A stretch of DNA of 64,000 nucleotides from contig NC_087436.1 of the NCBI RefSeq assembly GCF_036321535.1, positions 15,810,001 to 15,874,000 on the forward strand, written 5' to 3'. The position numbers and the translations under genes were made by a program. The stretch comes from Camelus dromedarius. Its lineage: Eukaryota. Shown here piece by piece: positions 13,128-24,720 of the stretch. The notes under the pieces were generated by a model. It was not told the origin of the DNA. It ran no database searches and saw nothing but the letters and a program-made list of their open reading frames with translations. The first letter of the stretch is position 1; the number at the start of each line of letters is the position of its first letter.

Positions 13128-13411
13128 AGCCCCATAGTCTATAGTTGTTTTCCTCTTCAGATTTTACACACTCTTCCTGATGATCTTGCTCATTCAGGTG
13201 GATGATGCCACATTGCTACCTCCAATTCTAGGTGCAGCTATTCACTGGACATCTCCCCTGTGTGGTCCCACAGGCCCTGGAACCCATGCTGTTTCTCACC
13301 TTTAGGTCTTGACACACTGTGCTGTCTTGGCTTGAGCACCTTTTTCTCCTTCTCTCAAGTCACACTCTTCTTTGTCCTTCTAGACTCAAGGCATTCCCTT
13401 CTTCAGGAAGC

Positions 13412-14545
13412 TTTTATTTATTTTTTAATGAGATATAATTGATATATAAGATTGTGTAAGTTTAAGGTGTGCAACATGTTAATTTGATAATTTACATATT
13501 GCAGTATGATTACCACCATAGCATTAGCTAACACCTCTATCACGTAATTATCATTTCTTTTTTGTGTTGGGAACAATGAAGGTCTAGTCTTAAACACGGT
13601 AATCTTAAGGTTATCAGGGAAAGGAGGTGGGAAGGGATAAATTTGGGAGTTTGAGATTTGCAAGTATTAGCCACTATATATAAAAATAGATCAAAAAATC
13701 AAGTTTCTTCTATAGGGAACTATATTCAATATGTTGTAATAACCTTTAATGAAAAAGAATATGAAAACGAATATGTGTTTGCCTATGCATGACTGGGACA
13801 TTGTGCTGTAAACCAGAAATTGACACATTGTAACTGACTGTACTTCAATTTAAAAAAAAAGATCTAGTCTCTTAGCAGTTAATAACTATGCTGTGCATTG
13901 GATCTCTAGGACTTATTTATCAATTAGTTGCAGGTTTGTACCCTCAAACACCTCCCTAATTCTCCCACTCCCCAGTCTTTGGTAATCAACATTCTACTCT
14001 CTGTTTTCACGAGTTTCACTTTTTTACATTCAACATATAAGTAATATAATACAGTGTGTGTCTTTCTCTGTCTGACTTATTGCACTTAGCATAATGCCAT
14101 ACGGTCCATGCATGTTATCACAAATGGCAGGATTTCCTTTCTCATGGTTGAGCATCCCATTATATAAGTATACCACATCTTCATCCATTCATTCATTGAC
14201 AGACACCAAGGTTGTTTTCCATATCGTGGTCGTTGTGAATAATGCTGCCATAAATATAAGAGTGCAGATATATTTTTGATATCTTGTTTTCCTTTCCTTT
14301 GGATATATATTCAGAAGTGGAATTGCTGGATCATATGATAGTTCTATTTTTAAATTTATTGAGGAACCCTTATGCTGTTTTCTGTAGTGGCTGAACCAGT
14401 TTACATCCCACCAACTGTGTACAGGGATCCCTTCTTTTCCACACCCTTGCCAGCACTTGTTATCTCTTGTCTTCTTGATGACAGCCATTTCAATAAGTGT
14501 GAGGTGGTATCTCATTGTGGTTTCAATTTGCATTTTCCTGGTGGT
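13412..14545 (-). mobile_element. Older L1 3' end (L1MA-like) containing an oppositely oriented younger L1 tail
   Basis: ORF 14189..14533 is the ORF2 C-terminus ([12 protein letters not shown]...ELSYDPAIPLL). Confidence 0.9.
13591..13860 (+). mobile_element. Young L1 3' tail, 270 bp
   Basis: Ends tacttcaatttaaaaaaaaa; TSD AAGGTCTAGTCT/AAGATCTAGTCT (13579-13590, 13859-13870). Confidence 0.9.
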
Positions 14546-16040
14546 TGACAGCTACATAATGCTTATAAACTTCCAAGCTCCACAAAAACAGTGTGGTATC
14601 TATCTATGGCGAGATAATGTAAGACATTTTTACTTTATCTTCAGCGTCTCAACATTCCTAGGAAAAGGCCTAAAATTGAGCAATGAATATGTTAATCATC
14701 TCATTATCCCGCATAATTGTGCACCTTTATAAATGTAAATTATTGTAAAGTAATATAAACACTGCAATCCACCAATACTATACTATGGTTGATGCCACCC
14801 AAATATGTACTGGGGTTGGGTAGCTGCTAGTGATTTTCTTAACAGGCTAGTGAAATCCTATCACTTTATCGTTTGAAATCCCCTGAAAGCAAGAATTCAG
14901 TCCTTAGCTTGGTTTACTTCTGCCTCTGTAGCTGCATCTCTGTTCAGATTCCTATTAACAGTCTACCTGCTGTCCCAGACTCATCATTTGCTTGAAACAA
15001 TTATAATTTAGGCATGCTGTCTTGGTTATGATAAGCTAACATAATTTTCATTCATAATAAAACCAAGAATGGATCATGATGTATTCATTTTCCCTTCTGC
15101 AGCCTGCTGTGTAAGAACAAATTCAATTCCATTTCCCTCTTTGTGCAGGGCTAATAAAAAAAATAATGACATTTTAAACACTCACAATACTATTTAACTT
15201 CATGGGATGAGAGTTACTCACACTTAGGTTCCTCATATATAAAGCAAAGCGTATCTGTAAAGAGGGTATGATCCAAAAGGATGTGGTAGGATATGCTTTT
15301 CAATATGTATTACCAGAGCAACCTTTTTGTTTGTTTGTTTGTTTACTGCTCTATAGCTGTATCCAGAAGAAAAATCTAATTATTTAAGATTGACAGTTGG
15401 ATTCAGTTGTCTTCTAAGATTAAAATGTCCAGCCATTCTGGAGAGTGTTCATATCATGGAATTACCTTCCCTGACTTTTCCATTTGGCTTGTTCCTATTT
15501 ATTCTTTAATACTCAGCTCTAGTATCACCTTTTCTTGGAAATCTACTAGGTTTTCATAGGCTTAATATACTGCTTTGTGATGTCTGTCTCAGTGACTAGA
15601 CTGTGAGTACTCAAGGCAGGGACTAGGTTTTTCTTTTCTAACCCAAATGTCTAATGCAGTGCTTACTACATAGGAACACTCAATAAATATTTTTGGGATG
15701 ATTTGAATTAACGAGTGAATTTCCTCTTGCTTTAAATATTTTTTGGTCCTATTTGGTACATCATCATTGGTACATGATTCAAAAAGGTAAAGAGTCCCTT
15801 GACTGACTATATCACGAAAATTTTGTATGCCTATCAACTATTTATCTCCAATGCCATTTTTAATGGCTTCGAAGAATCCCACTGCATGGAAGAACCATGG
15901 TTTATCTAACCAACTCTTTTTTTGGGTATGTGTTAGACATGTAAATTGTTTCTAAGATTCGGAAATTATAAATAATACTAAAATGAACACAATTTTAACT
16001 CTGCCTCTGAGCTACCTGGTGATGCTTATGATACAGTCTT

Positions 16041-16193
16041 TTTTTTTTTTTTTTTTTGGTGGGAGGAGGTAATTAGGTTTGTTTGTTTGTTTGTTTATTT
16101 ATTTATTTATTTATTTTTAATCGGAGGTACTGGGGATTGAACCTAGAACCTTGTGCATACTAAGCACTCACCCTACTGAGTTATACCCTCCCC
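16041..16193 (-). mobile_element. tRNA-Ala-derived SINE (long tail)
   Basis: Reverse tRNA-like head, (TTTA)/(TTTG) tail, poly-T; 17-bp degenerate TSD gcttatgatacagtctt/gcttcggatacattctt. Confidence 0.92.
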
Positions 16194-16825
16194 AGCTTCG
16201 GATACATTCTTCAGTATGGAAGAGCAGTATATTGCTAAACTGCTTCTCAGAGATGTTATATATTTGCAGTAAATAAGAGTGTACATTTCCCCCTTGCCAA
16301 CACTAGTTACTGTAAATCTTTGCAATGAGAGAGGTAAAAAAGGATATCTCAATACTATTTTAATTTACATTTCTTTGACTTTTTTTAAATTTTAGTTTAC
16401 ATTTCTTTGATTATTAATGGAGTTGAACATTTTATTCCTGTATTTTTAACATAGGTTTGCTTACCCTTGGTGGCTGTACGTTTCTTAGCAGAGAAAATAA
16501 TTTGGAGTGTCTGTAAGGAAAAGGGTGCTTTCTTTAATAAAATTAAACCTAAGTCTTCTCAGCATCAAAGAGAAAATCTCCCTGGAAAATTTCTTGTGAA
16601 CTTTGTAATCCCAAATGTGAGCACACAAAATCCCTCTTTTCTTGTGCATCTCTGGCTAAATACACTTCCACCACCCTCTTTAACATACAGGCCCAAATTA
16701 TGGGGACTCTAAATTACAGTACAGCTGTGACCTGGCTGGAATATTTTTTAAAGCTTATACTCTGGAGAAACAAAAGCAATATGATTAGGGAGAGTAATCC
16801 AAAGCAACCTGTTTTTCCTGATGTT

Positions 16826-17115
16826 TTAGTTTTCTATCTATTGCTATATAACATACAATCCCAAAATTCATGGCTTAAATCAACAAGTGTTTATTACCTC
16901 TTACAGTTGCTGTGTGGGTTACCTGCACCCAACAGTGCAACTCTATACCACGTGGCAGGGAGGGCTGTAGTTCATCTGAAGGCTCAACCCAGCTGGAATA
17001 CCCAAGGTGGCTCACTCTCATGGAGGCAATTGGTACTGCTTGTCAACTGGGAACTCAGCTGTGGCTGTTGACTGAAGGGCCTTGATTGTTCTCCACACAA
17101 CGACCTGGCTTCCAA
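16826..17115 (-). mobile_element. Old MLT1-family LTR fragment
   Basis: ctattgctatataac...ggcttaaatcaac and ggtggctcactctcatgg motifs. Confidence 0.65.
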
Positions 17116-17912
17116 GAAGAAATGCTGTAAGCGTGCTTCCACGTGACAGAAGTCAGGTTTCTCCTCTTGGAGTATTAGCAAGCAATTCAAGGTTCAAACT
17201 CCAGAGAGTGAGGGCTAGAAAAAGTAATTTCCTCTCCCATCTGCTTGAAGTCAATCTCCTGATGTCTAATTTCCTATGTGAATGCCCACTTCTATCTTCA
17301 TGACTGAAATGGCATCCTACCATTTTCAGGGGACACACTGGCCTCTCAGAGACCTCACCTGGACAAGCAATTCAGAACTGAGCTGACAATGCTAATAGTC
17401 ATTCTAGGGATGTGCACTTATATAGACTGCAAAGCGGGGAGTGGGGAGGTGGTACATTTCATTGCAGTCTCATGACTTATTATTTTACTATTTTAAAAGA
17501 ACACTGCAAATGGACTATGTATTTGCACATTACTTAAGAATGAAATAGAGATGGGAAAATAGGAAAGACAAATCAACCAATCCAGTATATGTCCATGTCA
17601 ACTAAACTAAATGCTTCCTTAATATTTTATGTCTTAAAAAAGTATGTCTTGGCTAGCATACATCCTGAAAGTAGAGTTGCCCTTTTCAAAGTCTCTATCC
17701 CTTTGTGTGATATACACAAGGGAAAAATAATTTAAAAATGCCTCAAACATAATTCAGTTGATGTGGATTATTTTGAACTTCTAGATATTGAACAATTGCA
17801 TGAAGTTTTAATCTTAAATTTTGGAGTTTCCAACTATAAGAGTCGGCAATGCCTCTTCCTCTTAAATTGTAATTGTTCCCAGAGTCTAATGTCCAATAAA
17901 ATTATCATTAAT

Positions 17913-18001
17913 GGGGGGTGGGTATAGCTCAGTGGTGGATCACATGCTTAGCATGCATGAGGTCCTGGGTTCAATCCCCAGTAGCTCCGTTTGAAAAAAA
18001 A
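17913..18001 (+). mobile_element. tRNA-Ala-derived SINE (short form)
   Basis: ggtatagctcagtgg...tgcttagcatgca...ggttcaatcccc followed by an A tail. Confidence 0.9.
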
Positions 18002-18655
18002 GGTCAATAATAAAGGCTACTAAGATTGGAAGTTTAACTTATCATTAGTAAGATTTAATGAATAGTAAAAGCAATGTCTGACTTTCTCAAGAGGAGGGTG
18101 CTGTAAGCCAAGGCCATGAATTTCCAGCATAGATGATATCATAAGCTACACTGAATAACAGTGTGAAGAAAAATCCAAATCCAGGGATACACATCTAGCT
18201 GCATAGCAAATCATACAGGTAGTACCTTTTCCCTAAATTATTGCTTAATCTATACCCTAGCAAGATGTCAAGAAGTTACAGTTGGTGAATTGGGTGTGGT
18301 GTCTGGCAGAAACAAGAAAAATTTCATCCTATCTTTGTTATCAAATTTTTCTTTTCTTTGTATATAGGTAAAAGCTTGTAGACCAATAATTTTCTTGATT
18401 TGACCATGAAATTACATTCTCTTTGCCTGAGTTCTTCTGAGTTATGCAGAAGGCTTCCTGTTCTGAATCCAGTTTTTTTTTTCTCTCTGCTATGATTTCA
18501 ATGTATGCTGAAGGCAAGTAAAATTATAAAAACCTTTAGTCCTTAATTCTGTCAAGATGGTGATGTCAGAGAGAGATACAAATTAGATGGTGATGGAAAA
18601 TCTGAGCCTAGTTTTATGGAATGTCGTCTTTTTTCCATTCTTTCCTATTCCTTTC

Positions 18656-18656
<1 letters not shown>

Positions 18657-18718
<62 letters not shown>
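18657..18718. repeat. (TG)31 perfect microsatellite
   Basis: Read directly. Confidence 0.98.
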
Positions 18719-18721
<3 letters not shown>

Positions 18722-18912
18722 TGCAGGTGAGTATATGCTACAGGAATACAAGTAAGGCCGTCCTTTAAAATCATGTGCTGATAGTTCATAAAAGGCTTTT
18801 GACTAGGAAACTTCCATAATAGTACCAAAAATATAAAGGAATTTTAACAATTGGTAGAACTGCTTTCCACATTGAAGTAGCCATTTGTACCTCTCCTTAA
18901 CTGGTAGTAGTT

Positions 18913-18948
18913 GCATAGGCTCAAGCAAGGGCATAGGCTCAAGCAAGG
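18913..18948. repeat. Perfect 18-bp tandem duplication GCATAGGCTCAAGCAAGG x2
   Basis: Read directly. Confidence 0.97.
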
Positions 18949-20499
18949 GCTTTCAGGCCAGAAAATTAAACTCAGTAACTTTAGAGTTTTAACTTAATCC
19001 AAATAATGCGTATCGAGTAGCTACAAAGTTCAAAGTATTGTGCCATAAAGGAGCGTAATAGTTGATGGGCAGATAGTTCACCTGAAGCGTTCCATGGTTG
19101 CATTCTTTACCCTTAAACAATAATCCACAGCTATTGTATTTTAACTGTGACCTGACTAGAACTGAAGTCCCCGTATGCTTCCTTCTGCAGAGAACCTCTG
19201 ATTTTTGCCAACTTGTTTTACTGTAACCAGAGACAAGGTAAAGCAGGAGGTTGAATAATTCTGTAAAACTGTAAAAAAACAGTTGGATAATTGTCTTATG
19301 TCTCCTTTTGTTTCACCAGCATAGCATTAACGGCAAGCTGGCAAATCCGGGAGACACAAACCTTAGCCCGAGATCATTTAGACTGACTGACTGTGACCAC
19401 ACTGTGTTTAGGGCATTTCTCTATCATCATCCACTCCTTCTCAATGGGGACCTTTATTTATTTAACAAATATCTATGAGCACTTATATGCCAGGTATATC
19501 AACATACTCAAGGTTAGACTATTTGCCCAAATCCCAGGCCTCAAAATGCTAGGAGAAGCCTTTCATTGTTTAAAGCCTCCCCTTTTCCCTCCAGATGTGT
19601 TAATGGTGAAGTGAAAGTTGTCTCTCTCCTGCTGGCACACCCATTTCCCCTTATCCCAGGCTTACTCCTTTCAGGATTTAAAATACAAACTTGAGGTGTT
19701 TAAATTTTTGGGAATGGCAAGTCGTTGATACTGCCTCTACCCTGGCTATGCACAAGTCATCATTTCAGATCATGAGAAAATGTCTGCCTCACCTTTGGAA
19801 TATTTAAAACCACTTATAGGAAACAAATCTTTAATAAACAATTTCATCCATGAGATGTGGTACAGTTGAATCCATTTTCGTATTTTATAAAGGTGTAAAC
19901 TTTTAAAACTTTTCTCAAGAAGACACTCCTGTGCTTCATGTCTTTTCTCATGTTGCCTCCCTCCTCCCAGATTTCCATGTGATAGTTAAAATTAAGTTCA
20001 CTTTCCAAGCCCATCTCAAATAACCCTTTCTCTAGGAAGCTACTTCGTCTCTGAAACCAATATAGTTTTTCTTCTGGCTCCATAGTACTTCCTAACTTAT
20101 TATCTGCAAGTATTTTAAACATTATGTATTTTTAAGGCCTATGGCTTTAAAGAACACCGTAGGGACGAAAAGCCACTTTATAATATTTGTTTGTGTTTCA
20201 CTAATGCATCAGGAAGAATGCTTTACTGTTAATAGTGGAAGTGGAGGGGAAGGATACAGATGATGATCTGTGCTCCTTTCAACCCTAAAGTAACGGATCT
20301 CTTAAACTTACTGAGAATGAGGCGAACCTGACTCACATTGGAAAAGCACTAGAGGAAAAACACCCGTCAGAGGTCTACAGGCGAAATTAACCCCGCCTCC
20401 ACGCTGTTTGGAGCAGCTGTCTCAGGAATCCTCCCTTCCTTAGAATGTGGGAGAGGTTTGGTGGGGTGGCAGCTGCAAAGCAAGGAATCTTCCCTGTTC

Positions 20500-21850
20500 C
20501 TAACCCACACGATCTCCCCGCCCCACACCCACTTCCGAATGGAAGGCGGCAGCTGTCAGGGCATCCCGGTGGAAATCTCTTTGCGAGTCTTCGCCGAGCG
20601 CGGCGGGCTGGCAGCAGCTGAAAGCAGTCAGGGGTGGGGACTTTGCTCCCTTTAGACACGGAAAGCAGCCTCGTTGGCTCCGGCGCTGCTTCCTCTCGGG
20701 CTCGTAGCGGTCCCTCAGGTGTCCTTGTCCAAGTCCAAGAAGACACCCTGGCAACGTGAGGCGGGTTCCCTCCGCGCCAGGAGACCCTACGGTTACTTAA
20801 CAACAGAAGGAGCGTCAGAATCACTGCCTCACCACTTGCCAAGGCACATTCCCAGGTCCGGGGGTGGGAGGTGAGGGAAGAGTCGGCTCCTGGAAATAAG
20901 TCTTTCCTGGCCGAGCCAGGAGTACACCTGGTGCTACCTGTGCAGCACGCCCGCTTGGCCTTCCGTCCTCGCAAGCTGTGGGAACAGCAAGCCCGCGCCC
21001 GGCGCCCCTCCGGCCGCCCGCGCATCCCCTCCCCGCCGCGCGCTCGCCTCCGCCTTCGCGCCCGCCCGCCCCACCGCCCCGCGCGCTCGCGCACGCGCAC
21101 GCCGCGCCCGGCAGCCCTCGGCGCTGTCATGGCGGCGGGGAGCAGCTGTATTGGGCACAGGGACAGCCGCGCGAGCCGTGGCGGGGCGAGCTGTGGCAGT
21201 AGCATCCTCACCACCGGCAGCAGCCTCGGCTGCGGCGTCCACAGCACCCTCAGCGGCTGTTTTTGCAAGGGCTGAGCACAGGCGTGGGGCGGGCCAGGAG
21301 GCCGTGGAGTTCTGTGCAGTCGCGGGCTCCCAGGGAGCGGACTAGGGAAACTTGAAGGCTACGACCAGGTGCACCGACCTCTCTCTCCTCCCTCCTCTCC
21401 TCGCCGTTGCCTCAGGGCCTCCCCTCCCTCTGGCCGCCACACACACCTCCCCTTCTCTGCCCGTCGGACCTCAGGTGCCTGGGAGGTGCTCTACTCCTCC
21501 CCCTGGGCCGAGCGTTGAGAATAACACCGCACCCTTCCCCCGCCCTTTCCTGCCCTGGATCTCCGCCGCCACCTCCGTCTCGCGGCTGCCGGGCGGGGGG
21601 CTAGGACGAGTCCGGAGTGTCTGGGTGAGGAGGAACTTTCTATCTCTAGGGTAGCTTGGGGGCCCCCCGCTTCCCTGCAACCCCTCCTTTCCTGGCGATA
21701 GTTCCTTTTACGTGCACCTGTGAGGAGAGCGTGCCCTGCGCTTGGAACCTGCGAGAGTGTGGGGGAGGAGGGAACCTGTTCCCGGGCCTCTTGAACCCGC
21801 CTTGGCTCAGAACCCAGCTCCTCGGGCCGCGGGGAAGCGGGTGGCTCATA
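20500..21850. promoter_or_regulatory. CpG island / TATA-less promoter of LRBA
   Basis: Sharp GC and CpG enrichment (core 20950-21330) in AT-rich surroundings; GC boxes (e.g. GGGCGG 21287-21292), NRF1-like GCGCACGCGCA 21089-21099, YY1-like ATGGCGGC 21129-21136. Confidence 0.9.
21120..21624 (+). other. LRBA: Non-coding first exon region of LRBA (start approximate; candidate donors at 21368 and 21624)
   Basis: Lies in the CpG island; donors CAG|GTGCAC (21368/9) and TGG|GTGAGG (21624/5) precede the 21961 acceptor. The TSS cannot be read from sequence. Confidence 0.55.
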
Positions 21851-21960
21851 GTGGGGTCCCTGTAGGAACTTATTTGACGGACAATAGCTACTCCCCTCTT
21901 TCCCCCCCAAACCCCAAGACAAAACCTAGCCGATTTAACATTGATCTAATCTTCCAATAG

Positions 21961-22176
21961 GGTTTGGCGTTGTTGTCAGCCTCGGGGAGAGAGATTGGAC
22001 AAATATTCTCCAAGAGGAGGAGGGCAACGCCAAGGACTTTCGACATCAACTGCTTTTGGGGTTTCTCCACAACTTGGAAGAGTGACCCTTCTCGTTTTGC
22101 GTCGCGTCTGTATGCTTAATACTCGTGCAGCGACTGCTGTCCCAGAGTAACTCCGAGTTGTCCTCGTGAACTAGCA
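21961..22176 (+). other. LRBA: 5' UTR part of the first coding exon of LRBA
   Basis: Acceptor tctaatcttccaatag|GGTTTGG at 21960/21961 with a CTAAT branch-like motif just upstream; resembles the human LRBA leader as I recall it. Confidence 0.8.
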
Positions 22177-22392
22177 ATGGCTAGTGAAGACAATAATGTC
22201 CCTTCCCCGCCACCAACAGGTGATGACGGGGGAGGTGGAGGGAAAGAAGAAACCCCTGCTGAAGGGGGTACCTTGTCCCTGAAACCAGGGCTCCCCATCA
22301 GGGGCATCAGAATGAAATTCGCCGTGTTGACGGGGTTGGTTGAAGTTGGAGAAGTATCCAATAGGGATATTGTAGAAACTGTCTTTAACCTG
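22177..22392 (+). CDS. LRBA: LRBA (LPS-responsive beige-like anchor, BEACH family), first coding exon, codons 1-72
   Basis: Translates MASEDNNVPSPPPTGDDGGGGGKEETPAEGGTLSLKPGLPIRGIRMKFAVLTGLVEVGEVSNRDIVETVFNL, which I recognise as the mammalian LRBA N-terminus. Good Kozak (gcaATGG). Ends at consensus donor CTG|GTAAGT, phase 0. Confidence 0.97.
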
Positions 22393-22780
22393 GTAAGTAG
22401 ATCTGTTTTACAAGCCTGTATTCTCAGTGGGTTGGGGAACAAGATGTTAAAGCTGGAGCCATGTGCTTTCCCCAGGCTGATGATAGAAACACGAAATTCT
22501 CCTGACCTAAATGAAACAATTTCCTGTACTTTTCAGTTTAAGGAGAATTATGTAAACTTAGGTGCTCCAGGTTTTCTGAAAGTGTACTAAGGAAATAATT
22601 GTTATGGAAGTATTATGGGGGATTTTACTGGGGGAGTTTTATTTTATAATTTTTTTCCCCTTGGGTTGTGTATCTAACCCTGCATTTCTCTGACATTTTA
22701 ACTAAGTTTTTGTGACCTTTTTTTGGACTTGAGAAATAAGGTAAATGGTAGTCCTACCTACTTTTTTGATTCTGCTAGAA

Positions 22781-22922
22781 TTATTTATTTTGTTTGTTTT
22801 GGGGGGGTTATTTATTTATTTATTTATTAGATTTATTTATTTTAATAGAGATACTGGGGTTGAACCCAGAAATGCCTGCATGCTAAGCATGCACCCTACC
22901 ACTGAGCTATACCCACCCACCC
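22781..22922 (-). mobile_element. tRNA-Ala-derived SINE
   Basis: tgaaccc...tgctaagcatgc...ccactgagctatacc with (TTTA)n tail. Confidence 0.9.
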
Positions 22923-24569
22923 TAAGTCTGCCTGAGTCACGTTTTGCCATGTTTTTGAACTGAAAATCTTTGTTTATAGGACTGATGAAAGGTTAATATA
23001 CTGCGAAGTTAGCATTTGTATTTAATTTTGACTAGTTTTGTTTTTTGACATAACTAACAAAAGTTAAGTTTTGGAATGAATGTGAGGTTACATCTTGTGA
23101 AAATTGAGTGGCAATTTAAAAAGAGGATTGCAGCAGAAATAGCATAGTCTTTATTTATTTTGTTTTGTGAGTTCATGTTTATCAGCAAAGTGTGTTTGTC
23201 ATTGGAGGTTGCTGGTTATACTACTACAAGCTGTGAATTTTATTTTTAAAAGGTGGATATAAAATACTTCCTTTTTTCCCTATTCCAGTCTTAGAAACGG
23301 TTATTTCTAATGGGGGCTTTTTAGGCTTCTGTATTCAAATCTCTGTTGCCCATCAAAGTAAAGAATAAAAAGTAAAATTTGGCCTTAAGATACTTCCCCC
23401 TTTTCCACCTACTCACCTGTGTTAGAAGATAACAGATGGGAACAAAAATGAATGCACAGTAGTTTTAGTAACTGTTTAGCACCTTTCCCCTTTGCCTCTA
23501 TGTTTTCAAGGTGAGACTTGTTTTATTTAGGACAGTTAATTATTTCCTTCATTAGGCCTTTACTAATAGGCGAGTCACCTGTGGTACTACTTCCAGAATG
23601 AGAAAGTAGCTAGATGAAATTCAGTTACCTATGGAGTAAGAAAATTTTGAACAATAGAGTATTTCTCTACTAGTTCGTTGTGTTGGTGGTTTTTTAATAT
23701 GCAAATACTGACACACACATATACCTATTTTTTAAACTGTATATTATGGAAATGTTCAAAAGTACACAAAAATAGAACAGTATAATGAACTCTGGTGTCT
23801 TTCCATCTACCTTCAATAGTTGTAAGCATTTTGGGGATCTTGTGTGTATGTGGACTTTGAAAGTTTGTGAATCTCAAGGAGTTAAATAGCAAATTGCTGT
23901 ATTCCTTTACCTCAAAACAGACTTGAAAACTTCTCACTTTTTTTTTCTTTTTCTAAACCTCATATATGTTGGATGATAAAGAGAAATCTGCGGTAGTGAT
24001 ATAGTCCATAAGTAGTTGTTCGTGTGTGAAACACAGCATTCTTCTGGCAGGAGGAGGATTCCAACTCCTCTGTTCTTTAGAATGTCCTCTGTGGAGGTGG
24101 ATGACCACACATGAGTCACCTGCATTTAATCATTAAGGAAAATCCAAGTTCTGTAGTAAAATAGTTTGTTTACATGCTGCCTACACTGTAGGCCTGGTAG
24201 AGATTTTAAGGTTATTGCCTAAGTCCTTCATAGCTACTTTTTTGGGGTGGGGGCAGTAGGTGTCTGGGTAGAAGGAGAGGGAAAATCTGTTCAGTTACAC
24301 CTCCTCTTCACCATCCTTCTCTTCTCACGTAGAGCAGAGAAAGTTGCTGAAGGGATTGGATTAGTTCTTTTCTTTCCATTCTCCCTTACAATACTTTTCA
24401 GGCTCCTTGCTGGCTATCTAGGGTCTTGGCCAGTCTTTAGAGAATCTTGGGAACTGAAATACTGGGAATCTGGTAAGCTAGTCCATTTCAGTGTTGTTAG
24501 TACTTCTGCACTTAAGTATTTCCTAATTGATTGGCCTTAGTCTCAGTTCTACTCAAAGAAAAAGATTAG

Positions 24570-24720
24570 CTCATAGTAAGTGTGATTTAAAACAGCTTAT
24601 TACAGTTTACTGTGGGCCAGGTGCTTTACGTATGTTTTTTGAATTCTTCCCTCATCAACTCTTTAATACATAGGTCTCATTTGATAGATGAGGAAACTGA
24701 AACACTGAAAGGTGAGACAG
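24570..24720. mobile_element. MIR fragment
   Basis: agatgaggaaactga core. Confidence 0.6.

Noticed and set aside
17913..17990. Possible tRNA-Ala(AGC) gene, and similar copies elsewhere
   Set aside because: Stem mismatches, A-rich tails, TSDs and multiple dispersed copies mark them as SINEs.
20387..21268. 293-aa minus-strand ORF and other overlapping ORFs across the CpG island
   Set aside because: Low-complexity Arg/Ala/Gly/Pro content with no recognisable domain; long stop-free frames are expected in GC-rich DNA.
22393..22590. Extension of the LRBA ORF to 137 aa
   Set aside because: Read-through past a perfect GTAAGT donor; similarity to LRBA stops at the donor.
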